A DNA stretch of 45,732 nucleotides, taken from assembly GCA_045617185.1 (NCBI GenBank), contig JAZLIB010000173.1, forward strand, positions 1-45,732. Direction: 5' to 3'. Below the pieces are notes generated by a model. It worked only from the letters and a program-made list of their open reading frames with translations, ran no database searches and was not told the origin of the DNA. Shown here in pieces: positions 8,904 to 18,900 of the stretch (the first letter of the stretch is position 1; each line of letters begins with the position of its first letter). A program made the position numbers and the translations under genes. The DNA is from Vescimonas sp. (GTDB lineage: Bacteria > Bacillota > Clostridia > Oscillospirales > Oscillospiraceae).

Positions 8904-9443
8904 TCACTCTTTCGGCTGTTTGTCCTGTTCTTGTTCCGTTTCCTGCTCTTTCTTGCTTTCCGGTACTGCACAATACGGCTTCATCGTTACTTCGGTTTCC
9001 TTCAGGCTTTTGGGCAGCAATTCGTTCAACGCTTTCATTGCACGCTTGATATGCCACTTGGCGAGGGGCGAACGCGCTGTGTAAATACTCAACAGCAGTT
9101 GCGTATCCTCCGCATCAAATGTGACCACCATGGGGTTATGCCAAGCCGGTCTATACAACATAGTCAGTGTATCCGGCGCCGTATACAGATAGGCGCGACG
9201 ACCCAAGCAAAAAAATGCCTTGGCACAATCTTTGCGCGTCTGCTCAAGCTCGCTTTCATTGACCGTATATTGGTGCATCTCAGTGTGCAGGCCAAAGTAC
9301 CGCGCAAAGTCGGCACCGTTAAAAAAACTATCGTTACGCACCTGAAACAGATTCTGCGCCGCCGTAATCACATCACCGCCCATTTCCAAAGCGATAAATC
9401 CCGTCAAAATGCGGCGTATTTCCTTATTACGATCATCCATCAA
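8904..9443 (-). CDS. Hypothetical protein, 179 aa
   Basis: Start overlaps the end of the upstream gene (RBS GGAG), same strand as the operon; no family recognised. Confidence 0.7.
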   Translation of the reverse strand: MMDDRNKEIRRILTGFIALEMGGDVITAAQNLFQVRNDSFFNGADFARYFGLHTEMHQYTVNESELEQTRKDCAKAFFCLGRRAYLYTAPDTLTMLYRPAWHNPMVVTFDAEDTQLLLSIYTARSPLAKWHIKRAMKALNELLPKSLKETEVTMKPYCAVPESKKEQETEQEQDKQPKE

Positions 9444-10590
9444 TCATCAACTCCATTATTGCATCGGCCATGTCAACAACTTCATCTCTCGACGCGTCAT
9501 TGCCAATCAGCAGATAGCTGATATCATTGGCGTCCGACCATACCGCCACGCTGCTGTTTTCTGTGGTATACACATAGCCGGTTACCTGCCACGAGGCATA
9601 AAGGGAACCTGTATCCGTGGCGTTTTCTTCATAAGCAGCAGACAGATCCTCTTCACTTGCCATATCTGAGGCGTACAGCTGCCAAGTCCGTTCGCCTGCC
9701 GTGAAGTTGAGATAGCCCACGATATATGTGGTTTCATGATCCTTTTGAGAGGTCAGCTCTGTTGTGCCGCTATCGGATATAACAGCATCTTCGGGCAGCG
9801 GCGTTTGGCCAAATAGCAAGGCATAATTATTGCCACCCGCATTGTCACTTGTATTCTGGGTAAAATCCTGATCGAGGATATCCACGCGGTTCATGTTGTC
9901 AACGCTTACATAGATGTTGAACTGCTCGCCTGTTTCGGCGTTATACAGCATCACCACATCGCTGCCTGCGCGATTACCGTCGATCCAGTAGCGTGTTATA
10001 TGTTTTTCCAGGTCTTCACCATCGGCTACAACACGCACCATGCTACTCTTCGTCTTTGTTTCCCATTCATTATCATTGGGATCGGTCAGGCAAACTGATG
10101 CCGTGCCGTCGCCCATCGCTGCCGCGCAGCAGCGGATACCGTCCGTTTCACAACTCAAAAGGCCGTTCAGTTCACGGTGACCGTTGCCGGTGATCGTCAG
10201 GACACCGTTGGCATCCACCTGTATCTCCGCTTCAATTTCATACACACGGTCAGGCAGTATGTCATCGTTGTTCTGCAAGCTGAAAACAACTGTTCCCATG
10301 CCGCCATTTCCCGCTATTATCTCGAAGTCGGCTTTCTTGGGGTTACGGCCTTTCTTCGCCACATAAGCGCAAGCGGCATCAGTCTGTGCTGCCCACTGAT
10401 ATCCCTCCGGTACCTCCCCGGTAATATGCATGATGACACCCTTTTCGGTTTTTTCATAGGAATAGGCATAACGGGAAGTGGTGTCGCCGCTCTCTATGAT
10501 TTCCTTTGGCGCGCTCAAACGTACAATGAGTATAACCGCAATCACTGCCACCAAGGCGCAGGCGATGGTAATACCTATTTTCTTCTTCAC
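9433..10590 (-). CDS. N-terminally membrane-anchored extracellular protein, 385 aa, beta-rich (Ig-like)
   Basis: GTG start with RBS AGGAGGT; MKKKIG followed by a hydrophobic helix; acidic beta-rich ectodomain. Confidence 0.8.
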   Translation of the reverse strand: MKKKIGITIACALVAVIAVILIVRLSAPKEIIESGDTTSRYAYSYEKTEKGVIMHITGEVPEGYQWAAQTDAACAYVAKKGRNPKKADFEIIAGNGGMGTVVFSLQNNDDILPDRVYEIEAEIQVDANGVLTITGNGHRELNGLLSCETDGIRCCAAAMGDGTASVCLTDPNDNEWETKTKSSMVRVVADGEDLEKHITRYWIDGNRAGSDVVMLYNAETGEQFNIYVSVDNMNRVDILDQDFTQNTSDNAGGNNYALLFGQTPLPEDAVISDSGTTELTSQKDHETTYIVGYLNFTAGERTWQLYASDMASEEDLSAAYEENATDTGSLYASWQVTGYVYTTENSSVAVWSDANDISYLLIGNDASRDEVVDMADAIMELMIDG

Positions 10591-10626
10591 CGGGGGTACC
10601 TCCTGATTTCTCTACATTCGGCAAAG

Positions 10627-10652
10627 CCGAATAGGGATTGCTCCCTATTCGG
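10627..10652 (-). terminator. Stem-loop after the PLAT-repeat gene (partial terminator or processing hairpin)
   Basis: CCGAATAGGGA-ttgc-TCCCTATTCGG, 11-bp perfect stem, weak U-tract. Confidence 0.55.
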
Positions 10653-10662
10653 TCTGCCGCGT

Positions 10663-13600
10663 TTACTGATTATTGTTTGTGTCGTCTGCTGAGTTGTCAT
10701 CAGCAGTGTTAACCGGTTCTCCGCCAACTGTGATGTTCAAGCTGGCGCTGGAAGATGCCATTTCCTGCGATGCGGCAGTCACAACATATGTGCCTGGTTC
10801 GGTAGCATTGAATACGACTACCGTATTGCCATCTGCGTCCATATCATAGGTAATCACACTGTTGGCCTCCCACTGAACACCGTTCTTGTTCTCCTTGGCA
10901 CTCACATTATAGGCGTTATCACCCATGACGGAGTTCTGCACCGTTGCGGTAATAGTTACGGGCGATCCGCAAACGGTGGAGATGTTGGCCGTTCCGTTGG
11001 CGCCGGTCTGGCGCATCGTGGTTGTGCCATTTTCATTTGTCGACTTGGCAACCATGGAAACTGTCACCGTGCCGGCCACATTGAAGGTGAGCGGCGAATC
11101 GGCAGTCACAATTGTGCTGTTCTCATAATTGCAGGTTGCCATCTGATTGTTGACCATCGCCTCGAAGTAAATTTTCTGTACATCCCATGTGGCGCCGTTG
11201 CCGTTGGTGGTGTAAGGTGACAAGGTGATGGAACGAATGGAGCTGACATCAAACAGGCAGAATTCCACCGTGGCGCTACTTTGCGCATTGAAGTCACCGC
11301 TGGTGCAATAGTCTCGGATATTGTCGATGACATAGGTGTTCTCTGTATTACTTGCAGCAGAAATGTACTTCACCGTCATGCGGATCGGCGTATCGGTACC
11401 GGACACGGCATCCTGTGCCGCTGTATTATTGGTAATGACCATCTTAACCGGCACCACATTATCGCTGCTGACCGGAATCATGTACGGTGTGACAGTCAAT
11501 GCGCGGCCCTTGAAACCATACCAGGTGGGCGTATCACTGCTGGCATTATAGGTGCCGACACACGCACCGGACAGCTTAGCGTTCAGGTTACCGACCGTGC
11601 AGACCGTAATGCCGATGATTTCCTTAACATACGGTTCGTTGAACGTAAGTTCTGCCGTCATGCCGGGTTTGATACGCGTGTACTTTTGCAGGCCGGTCTG
11701 TTCATCCAAAATGTTGCCGAGGAACATATTATAGGAGTCGTAATGTGTGTTGCCCAAGCCGCTGTCGTTAGTCGTCTTGTAGCGGATGGAAACCACCACA
11801 TCGTTGACCTCGGGTCTGATATAAGCACCCACGGTATCTGCCGAGAAGTACAGCTTGACCACCTGTTTGTCGGCGGTTTCTGACGGGGCCTGCTGATCAG
11901 GCTCCATGCTGCACTTATTCTCCACGTTCCAACCACCGAAGTCGATGTAATACGAACTGATTGTCACACCGGAGCGTACATGCTGGATCACGGCATGATC
12001 CACATAGGCTTCGACTCTATCCGCACCGGAAGTCTGCAAGGTCAACGCATTCACGCAGTCAAGTCCAGAGGTCTTAATGCCGCGCGCGTAGAACATACGG
12101 TTTCCTGCATCCACACTCAACGACTTGAGGTTGTTCAGATAGTTCTTATCGCCTGCCACGGAGCTATGCCACGTGATGGCAGCATTCATATTGTAGTCAT
12201 CCATCGGAGTCTGACTGCAACCGCTTTCCAGCGTGGTGGGATCCTTCATGTACACGTACAGATTCACCGTATCATTGGTGTTATTCGGCACGCGCTTGAT
12301 GACAGATGTCCATTCGGAATCGTTTTCCTTGACCGTAATGTCGTTGGAGGAGAACTTGACCTCCACAGGCTGCTGCGGGCCCAATTCATCCGTCGAATTC
12401 GATTTCGGACCGTTCAGGCTCATCTGGTAGCCTGTCACACTGGTACTGGTGGCAACATCTTCACCCACCTTGCCGGTACGCTTATACTCATCATAGGCGG
12501 TCATCTGTACCTGACCATCAGTTTCCAGTTGATTGATGGTAATCTGCTTGAGATTCCATGTGGTGGTGATTTCGCTGCTGCCGACAATCTTGATGCTCTT
12601 GATCTGCTTGACATCCGCCAGGCTGACAATGAAACGATCAGTATGGTTGCCGCGCAACATGAACTTATCATTACTCTTGGCGCAATTCTGCTGCTCGCCG
12701 TCATCGCCAGAATAGGTCGTTGTGTAATATGCCGCGGATTTTTTGGCATATTCATACATGGCACGCACCACATCAACCGTCTTGCGGCACAGCATACCGG
12801 ATTTATCATAGTACTCAATCGTACCCAACAACGAACCCCGCATTATCGGATCGTTGTCCTGATAGTTATCGGTAACCATCTGGAACAGCAGGTTCACACT
12901 GTAACATTGGGCATTGACCGTATAGGTATTGGCCAATTCGCCCTCGCTGCGACCACGGCGGCCCTTTGCGGACTGTTCTTCCGCGGCATCATAATAGTCC
13001 ATATCAATCCAGCCAATATTATCGATCTTCCAAGTCTTAGACAGAGCACCGCCACTCTGCTGGGATACGATGATGTTGGAAATATTCAGTTTATCGTAGG
13101 GGTCTTGGTTATCACTATTGCTGTTGCCCTGAGGTACAATGGAGATGGATTCCAATGGGCCGTAATCCTCATTGGTCACCACATAGAACGTTTCTGTGCG
13201 GCCGGCACGGAATCCGTCAGCCGTCAGTTGCTGGTTGGCCAGCACATAGGCGCTGGAGCCACCTTCAAACGTCAATTTGAAGTAGAACAGATTATTAGAG
13301 CCGCAATCGCCGTCATCCATATTAGATTGGTCATCGCTGGCCACATTCACGTCCACTTCATAGGTATAAGCAGGCTTGGCAAAGCCCAGGTCCGTCTTTG
13401 TCTGCTCATAGGACATGGAATAGCGGATATCATTCCACTTGATAGCCGAATCGTCATCTGTAATATGACTGTTTCCGGGAGCGAAATTGATCGTCTTGGA
13501 ATTGTCATCACCATCCAGGTAGACCTTTTCGTAATCGCTGATGCTATCGGCGTTGGCAGGATAGTGGGCCACCAGATCCGCCTTATCGAAATCAAGCGCA

Positions 13601-15531
13601 CGCTGATAGATGCGATCGGTAAGATTCGCGTAAGCGTTGTCGCTTGTAATCCACTTGGCGGTACGTTTGCCGATGCTATCCACGTGGTAGATCTTGAAAT
13701 CGCTCATCTGCCATTCATCTGTGGCTTTGGTATTCATTTTGAATGTAACACTCTTGAACTCATTGACATCGTTCAGGTCCAGTTTGAAAATCAATTCCTT
13801 GCCCGAACTCATACCCATAAGGTATGCCACATTGGCATCATCTTTAGCGGGCCAGTAGCCGTAATAGTCCTTGGCCGCTGCGTTCAACACACAAGGTTCG
13901 CTGGTCTTGGTTTCGCCGGTAATGGAAGTGTAGGTCAAAACCAAGGACACATCTTCCTCGGTGCCGGCATCGTTGATATTATCCGTCTTGATAACAGCAA
14001 TATATGTCCCGCCATCATCGGCAGGCTTGCTACCGGAGCTTGTCAGTTTATTGGTCAGATCTATCCAGTTGCTGCTCTTTGTGCTGTCAGTTGCTGGTGC
14101 AATGGACATAGGCTCGGACAACTTGGGTACCGTGTAGGACAGCAGGGGTTTACAGCCTGTAAGCGACGGGAATACCAGGAAAGTATCGCTCTGCGTCGTT
14201 TTACTCTTACGGGCGTTCGCAATGGCATCGCCGCCATAGATCTGAACGCCGGTGATATTCAATGTATCCGAGCGCAATTTTGTCTTGCGCTGCTCAAAGC
14301 GTGTGGTGGGATTTTCACGCGTGATACCCGCTGCGGTATCGGCATCGGGACCATACAGGAACTGAATGCTCTTGATGCAGTTCTCCGTGCCCTTCGGGTC
14401 AATCTTCAGTTCCTGCGTCGTTATGCCGGGCAGGGCGCAGGGGAACTGGATGCTCTCACCCTGCTGGGCGATGCCCACCAGCTGGTTGGTCGGTCTGCTC
14501 TTGATCATGCCCAGTTCGGCAGCCCATGCCATCATGCCGGTAATAGCCGGGACTTTGACGCTGCGCTCCTCACCCAGACAATCGGCATAGGTAATCTTGA
14601 CTGTCAACGCCTCCACCACATCGGTGAAACGCTTTTCGTCCGCCACCTCGGTAGCAAGGGCCTCTATGCCACCACCGGAGACATCGGCAATATCAAACTT
14701 GAACAGATACTCCGAGCCGGCGCTGTTATATCTCGTGTTCTCGCTGGGAATGGTAATATCCTTGTCTCTGATACGAAACAGCTGATCCACGTTGGCATCC
14801 AACGTAAAGCTACCATTCGCATCGGCCCATTTCGCCAGCAGTTTACCATCAAAGGAAATATAGTAATTGTTGGAGAAGCTACCGGCCATCTCCACACCGT
14901 AGACTTCATCTACCTGATAGAGACAGATACTCTTGCCGCTCCACTCCGACTTCTTACCGGACTGCATATAAATATCAAAGCCGATAACCGTTTTAATTTC
15001 ATAGCTGCTTTGGAACAGGAAATCATCACTGTTGGAAGGTTGCAGGGCGCCATGGCTGTCCCCTTTCTCATTATCGGGTACATAGCCGCTGATGCGCTTG
15101 ATGGCATCAAGCATCTCGCTGCGGTGGTCACCACCGGTTGCCTTCTCTTTTGCCAGCTTATAACCGTTCTCCAGATCTTTTTCCTGCGGGAAAATGTACT
15201 TGGTGCGGGTTGTGCCGTCTGCATCCTCATAGCGCACGCCGATATACTTCACGCCATTACCTGTGGCAGTACCGGTGCCTACACGCAGCAGATAGGTCTT
15301 TTCAAGTGCCGTTGTTGCGGTATTTGCTTGTTCCGCAGTGGTTTTCTCGCTTTGCGTTGCTGTTGCATTATCCGTCGTAACAGATTCCTGCTTATTAGCA
15401 CCTTCGGTAGCATAGGCAGAGGTTGGGATTAAAGAAAAGGACATGACCAGGCACAGGGCAAGGGCAATCAAACGCCTTCCCCATACTGCACACATCACAG
15501 TATTCTCCTTGTTCTTCATATATCTCAGCAT
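10663..15531 (-). CDS. Large secreted protein (about 1620 aa) with multiple PLAT/LH2-like beta-sandwich domains and C-terminal Ig-like segment
   Basis: Start refined to ATG 15531 (RBS AGGAGG); signal peptide RRLIALALCLVMSFSLIPTSAYA; PLAT-like motifs such as YIAVIKTDNINDAGTEEDVSLVL, GFRAGRTETFYV..DYGPLESISI and LRGNHTDRFIV..IKSIKI..WNLKQITI; no LPxTG or TM anchor. Confidence 0.8.
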   Translation of the reverse strand: MLRYMKNKENTVMCAVWGRRLIALALCLVMSFSLIPTSAYATEGANKQESVTTDNATATQSEKTTAEQANTATTALEKTYLLRVGTGTATGNGVKYIGVRYEDADGTTRTKYIFPQEKDLENGYKLAKEKATGGDHRSEMLDAIKRISGYVPDNEKGDSHGALQPSNSDDFLFQSSYEIKTVIGFDIYMQSGKKSEWSGKSICLYQVDEVYGVEMAGSFSNNYYISFDGKLLAKWADANGSFTLDANVDQLFRIRDKDITIPSENTRYNSAGSEYLFKFDIADVSGGGIEALATEVADEKRFTDVVEALTVKITYADCLGEERSVKVPAITGMMAWAAELGMIKSRPTNQLVGIAQQGESIQFPCALPGITTQELKIDPKGTENCIKSIQFLYGPDADTAAGITRENPTTRFEQRKTKLRSDTLNITGVQIYGGDAIANARKSKTTQSDTFLVFPSLTGCKPLLSYTVPKLSEPMSIAPATDSTKSSNWIDLTNKLTSSGSKPADDGGTYIAVIKTDNINDAGTEEDVSLVLTYTSITGETKTSEPCVLNAAAKDYYGYWPAKDDANVAYLMGMSSGKELIFKLDLNDVNEFKSVTFKMNTKATDEWQMSDFKIYHVDSIGKRTAKWITSDNAYANLTDRIYQRALDFDKADLVAHYPANADSISDYEKVYLDGDDNSKTINFAPGNSHITDDDSAIKWNDIRYSMSYEQTKTDLGFAKPAYTYEVDVNVASDDQSNMDDGDCGSNNLFYFKLTFEGGSSAYVLANQQLTADGFRAGRTETFYVVTNEDYGPLESISIVPQGNSNSDNQDPYDKLNISNIIVSQQSGGALSKTWKIDNIGWIDMDYYDAAEEQSAKGRRGRSEGELANTYTVNAQCYSVNLLFQMVTDNYQDNDPIMRGSLLGTIEYYDKSGMLCRKTVDVVRAMYEYAKKSAAYYTTTYSGDDGEQQNCAKSNDKFMLRGNHTDRFIVSLADVKQIKSIKIVGSSEITTTWNLKQITINQLETDGQVQMTAYDEYKRTGKVGEDVATSTSVTGYQMSLNGPKSNSTDELGPQQPVEVKFSSNDITVKENDSEWTSVIKRVPNNTNDTVNLYVYMKDPTTLESGCSQTPMDDYNMNAAITWHSSVAGDKNYLNNLKSLSVDAGNRMFYARGIKTSGLDCVNALTLQTSGADRVEAYVDHAVIQHVRSGVTISSYYIDFGGWNVENKCSMEPDQQAPSETADKQVVKLYFSADTVGAYIRPEVNDVVVSIRYKTTNDSGLGNTHYDSYNMFLGNILDEQTGLQKYTRIKPGMTAELTFNEPYVKEIIGITVCTVGNLNAKLSGACVGTYNASSDTPTWYGFKGRALTVTPYMIPVSSDNVVPVKMVITNNTAAQDAVSGTDTPIRMTVKYISAASNTENTYVIDNIRDYCTSGDFNAQSSATVEFCLFDVSSIRSITLSPYTTNGNGATWDVQKIYFEAMVNNQMATCNYENSTIVTADSPLTFNVAGTVTVSMVAKSTNENGTTTMRQTGANGTANISTVCGSPVTITATVQNSVMGDNAYNVSAKENKNGVQWEANSVITYDMDADGNTVVVFNATEPGTYVVTAASQEMASSSASLNITVGGEPVNTADDNSADDTNNNQ

Positions 15532-15572
15532 GTCTATGTCCTCCTGCGGTGACAACTTATAGTTCCGTCACA

Positions 15573-15604
15573 TATAAAAGGGTAATTTCTGATAAAAGGT
15601 TTCA
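15573..15604 (-). promoter_or_regulatory. Candidate ECF-sigma promoter (copy 2)
   Basis: TGAAACCTTT-n13-CCTTTTATA between the STAS gene and the PLAT-repeat gene. Confidence 0.55.
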
Positions 15605-15625
15605 TGCCTTTTGCCATCTATTGTC

Positions 15626-15925
15626 TTATCGGATCTTCAAAAGGCCGGCAAATCCGGTCATCTCGAAAACCTCCATAACCATTTTGTTGACATTGGTCAG
15701 CGTTAATTCACCATTCTTCTTGCGCATTTTCATGTGTAGCAATTTGATGATACGGAGACCGGCAGAGGAAATGTATGTCATATCCGTCATATTCAACACC
15801 AGACTGTCAAATCGATCTGCGACATCCATGAAGATTTTCTCCACCTCCCGTGAGGTGACAGCATCCAGCCGTCCCTCAAGCAGCAATTCACCTTCTGTAC
15901 CACGATTGACTAACTTAATTTTCAT
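15626..15925 (-). CDS. STAS-domain protein (anti-sigma factor antagonist, SpoIIAA/RsbV-like)
   Basis: L.GRLDA, YISSAGLR with the phosphorylatable Ser, VMEVFEMTGF; RBS GGAG. Confidence 0.92.
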   Translation of the reverse strand: MKIKLVNRGTEGELLLEGRLDAVTSREVEKIFMDVADRFDSLVLNMTDMTYISSAGLRIIKLLHMKMRKKNGELTLTNVNKMVMEVFEMTGFAGLLKIR

Positions 15926-15949
15926 ACATTTTCTCCAGATAATGTGCTC

Positions 15950-18900
15950 TTAGGTCTTTTTCTTGATAATATAGCTTGTCAGATCTTCCAGCGAAATCTC
16001 AACAATCTTTTCGTCGTAGTCGATCATCATATCAATGGCCGACATATCCTTGACGTTCTCCGCTTCAGCCAACAGCATGGCCATGATATCAAAGCCGCTG
16101 TCGGTATCCTCACTATTCTCCGCAGTAGTATAAGTGTCAGCAACCTGCGCCTCTGCTGCGCGCTGCGCCATAGCATCTTCGTTGAAGATAGAACCAAGTG
16201 CTGTTTCCTGCGCGGGCACAGACTCTTCCCGAGCCGGCAGTTCCGTTTGCAGTTCTTCGCGCAGACTTCGGCGAATCTCCTCTTTCATGCTGTCGTAGGT
16301 GAAACGGTTCAAAAGTTCACTCAGGATCTTTTCCGTTTCGCCGGATGTGCTGGGCGCCTGCACGATAACCTGCGGCATAGCAGGCTGAATCGGGGTAGGC
16401 GCAACGGGTACATCCACCGAAAGTGCTGGCTCTGTTTCCTTGCGTTCGGGGACAGCAGGCTCCTCTACCTCAAACAAGACAGTTTCCTGCGGCGCCTCTT
16501 TCTGTGCCGTATCTGCAGCAAAGTCTTCTTCGCTGATTTCCAGGAAGGATACATGGCTACGTACTTCTTCCTCCTGTGCGGCTTCCTCTACGGTATCAGC
16601 CACAAGATTCAGCATAGCACGCTTTTCCTTGCTGTCACCCAAAAATTCCGCCCAATTGATTGCACCTTGTTCATAAGCGAAATAGTGACTTTGATAATGC
16701 GGCTTTCTGAACATGGCAACCGTGTCCTGAGGCACACGGATCTGGAAGGTAGTACGGCTTTGAGGACTCATCACCGCAAAGGCCTGACCGCGAGGTGCGT
16801 TGACGATCTGCTCCTGCTCCACCTCGTTGATTCCGCCCGCCTTTTCATACAGCGTACAAAGATCACCCATATCATTGGGAGACAACGGGAAGATAAAACT
16901 GTACTGACAGGCATTAATGATGGCTGTGGACTTACGTGCAATCTCTTCAGATCCCACAAAGTCCTTGATATTCTGCGTGATGACTATCTGCATACCGTTG
17001 TATTTACGGATGCGCTTTGCCAGTTGATACATAAAGTCCAGTGCCGCAGGATACTTGGTGTCAATGAACACATGGGCCTCATCAATGACCACCACAATCT
17101 TGCGGTTCAAGCCATATTTGATATTGTAATCACGATTCTTGATAATTTCGTTGTCGATGTACTTCAGCACCAGCAACATCTGCGCATTGGCGATGGTGGT
17201 ATTGCGGTTGGCCAGCAGGCTTTGGAAGTTGAACACCGTGAAGTTCTCCGCCGTTGTCACAGAGGACGGCCCATTCCAGATGCTGGCATTACGGCCGCCC
17301 GTGGAGAATTTGGCCACATAGTTCATTAACGTACGCAGCATGGAGCGGATATACTCGTTATCCGTGGACTGGAATTCAGCCAATATGGCATCGTACAGAT
17401 CATCGAAAATAGGATAGTCTGAAGGACGCAACTTGGACAGATCCGTTTCCGCAGTAATACCCATGTTGGTGTACATACGGTCCACCATGCTGTTAAGATA
17501 CTCCATGGCGTCCTTTTCACAGTCGGGCATGATCTGGCGGAAGAACTCCTCCAGGAACTGCAGATGTGTGGCATAACTGCCTGACACCGAATTACCGTCA
17601 GCCTCGTCATCGTCCAATGCCGTAATGATATGGAACGGGTTCAGACGGCCAAACTTGGCATTGCCCACATTGATGAACTTGCCGTGCAGATTGTCGGCCA
17701 GTTCTGTATATTCATTTTCCGGATCAATAACAAAGATCTTGGCACCGTCAGCAGCCAAATTGGTGAGGATACTCTTGGTAGCATAAGATTTACCACTACC
17801 GGACTTACCTACAATAACCATGTTGGAGTTGACACGCTCGCTGTCACGGCGGAAAAAGTCCACAAAGATAGGCACACCGTCACTACTGCCCAGTCGTACG
17901 CCGTTTTCATCCGACACATAGGCGAATACCCAAGGATATGCCGCTGCAACGGAATTACTGGGCACACCTCTGCCCTTGCCATGCATGGGATCCCATGCGC
18001 TGACCTGAGAGCCGATAAACGCATTGGTCTGGTCAAACTCCATGCCGTTAAGCGTCATACCCTGTTCCTGATAGGTTCGGCGCACCAGACGCTTCATATT
18101 AGCGATACTGGCAAGGCAGGAAGGCGGCGGCTGCACCATGCCCTCATCGGCACGGGTGGCGTGAATATCGTATGCCGTAACATAGACATTCATCTCTAAA
18201 AGCGCTTCATTGTCACCTTGCAGCGTGGTAAGCAGATTGCCCAATGTCTGAATATGCTCCTGCAGTTCTAAACGTTTAGAATCCACGCCCGTGTTGACAT
18301 AGCGGCTACGCAGTTCCTGAATAGAGTGGTCGATGGAACGGATCGCCTTGCTGCGGTCCATGGGTGTGCATTTAATCACGACCTTGGTGGCAGGCAGGGA
18401 CAAAACACTGGCAAGCCATGCATCGTTGACCACGCTGGGATAGTTCACGATACGCATATTGTGCGTAATGATGTGATTTACTTCCGTGTAGCGGCCTTTG
18501 ATGCGCACCTTCTCCGGCATCGCCCACAAGGCATAGTGATCCGGATCGATCTGGTCGATATCATGCTCGTTAAAATCTGCCTGATTGGTATACTTCAGGA
18601 AAATAGCCAATTCCTTATTATTCAGGCGATGGGGCTCCATCTCACCGCGCTGCAGGTTGTCCATAGCGCTGCGCACCATGTTCTGCAGTTGCTGGCGATC
18701 ACTGTGGAACAGTACCAAATAGTAAAACGGCAACATCACCTTTTCCTGATCGCAAAGACGCTGGAGGTCATTGATTCGGTCGTACATCACCTCAACACGG
18801 CTCTTCAGTTCTTCCTCGGAGAGCATACCTTTTTCGTAGGCGCTGCGCAGCTCGTCCAGCTTGTCATACTCATTGTCAAGATACTGATTATAAATAACGG

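Noticed and set aside
11980-15432. 1150-aa plus-strand ORF
   Set aside because: Lies fully antisense to the PLAT-repeat gene; composition is typical of a codon-bias shadow ORF, with no recognisable motifs.
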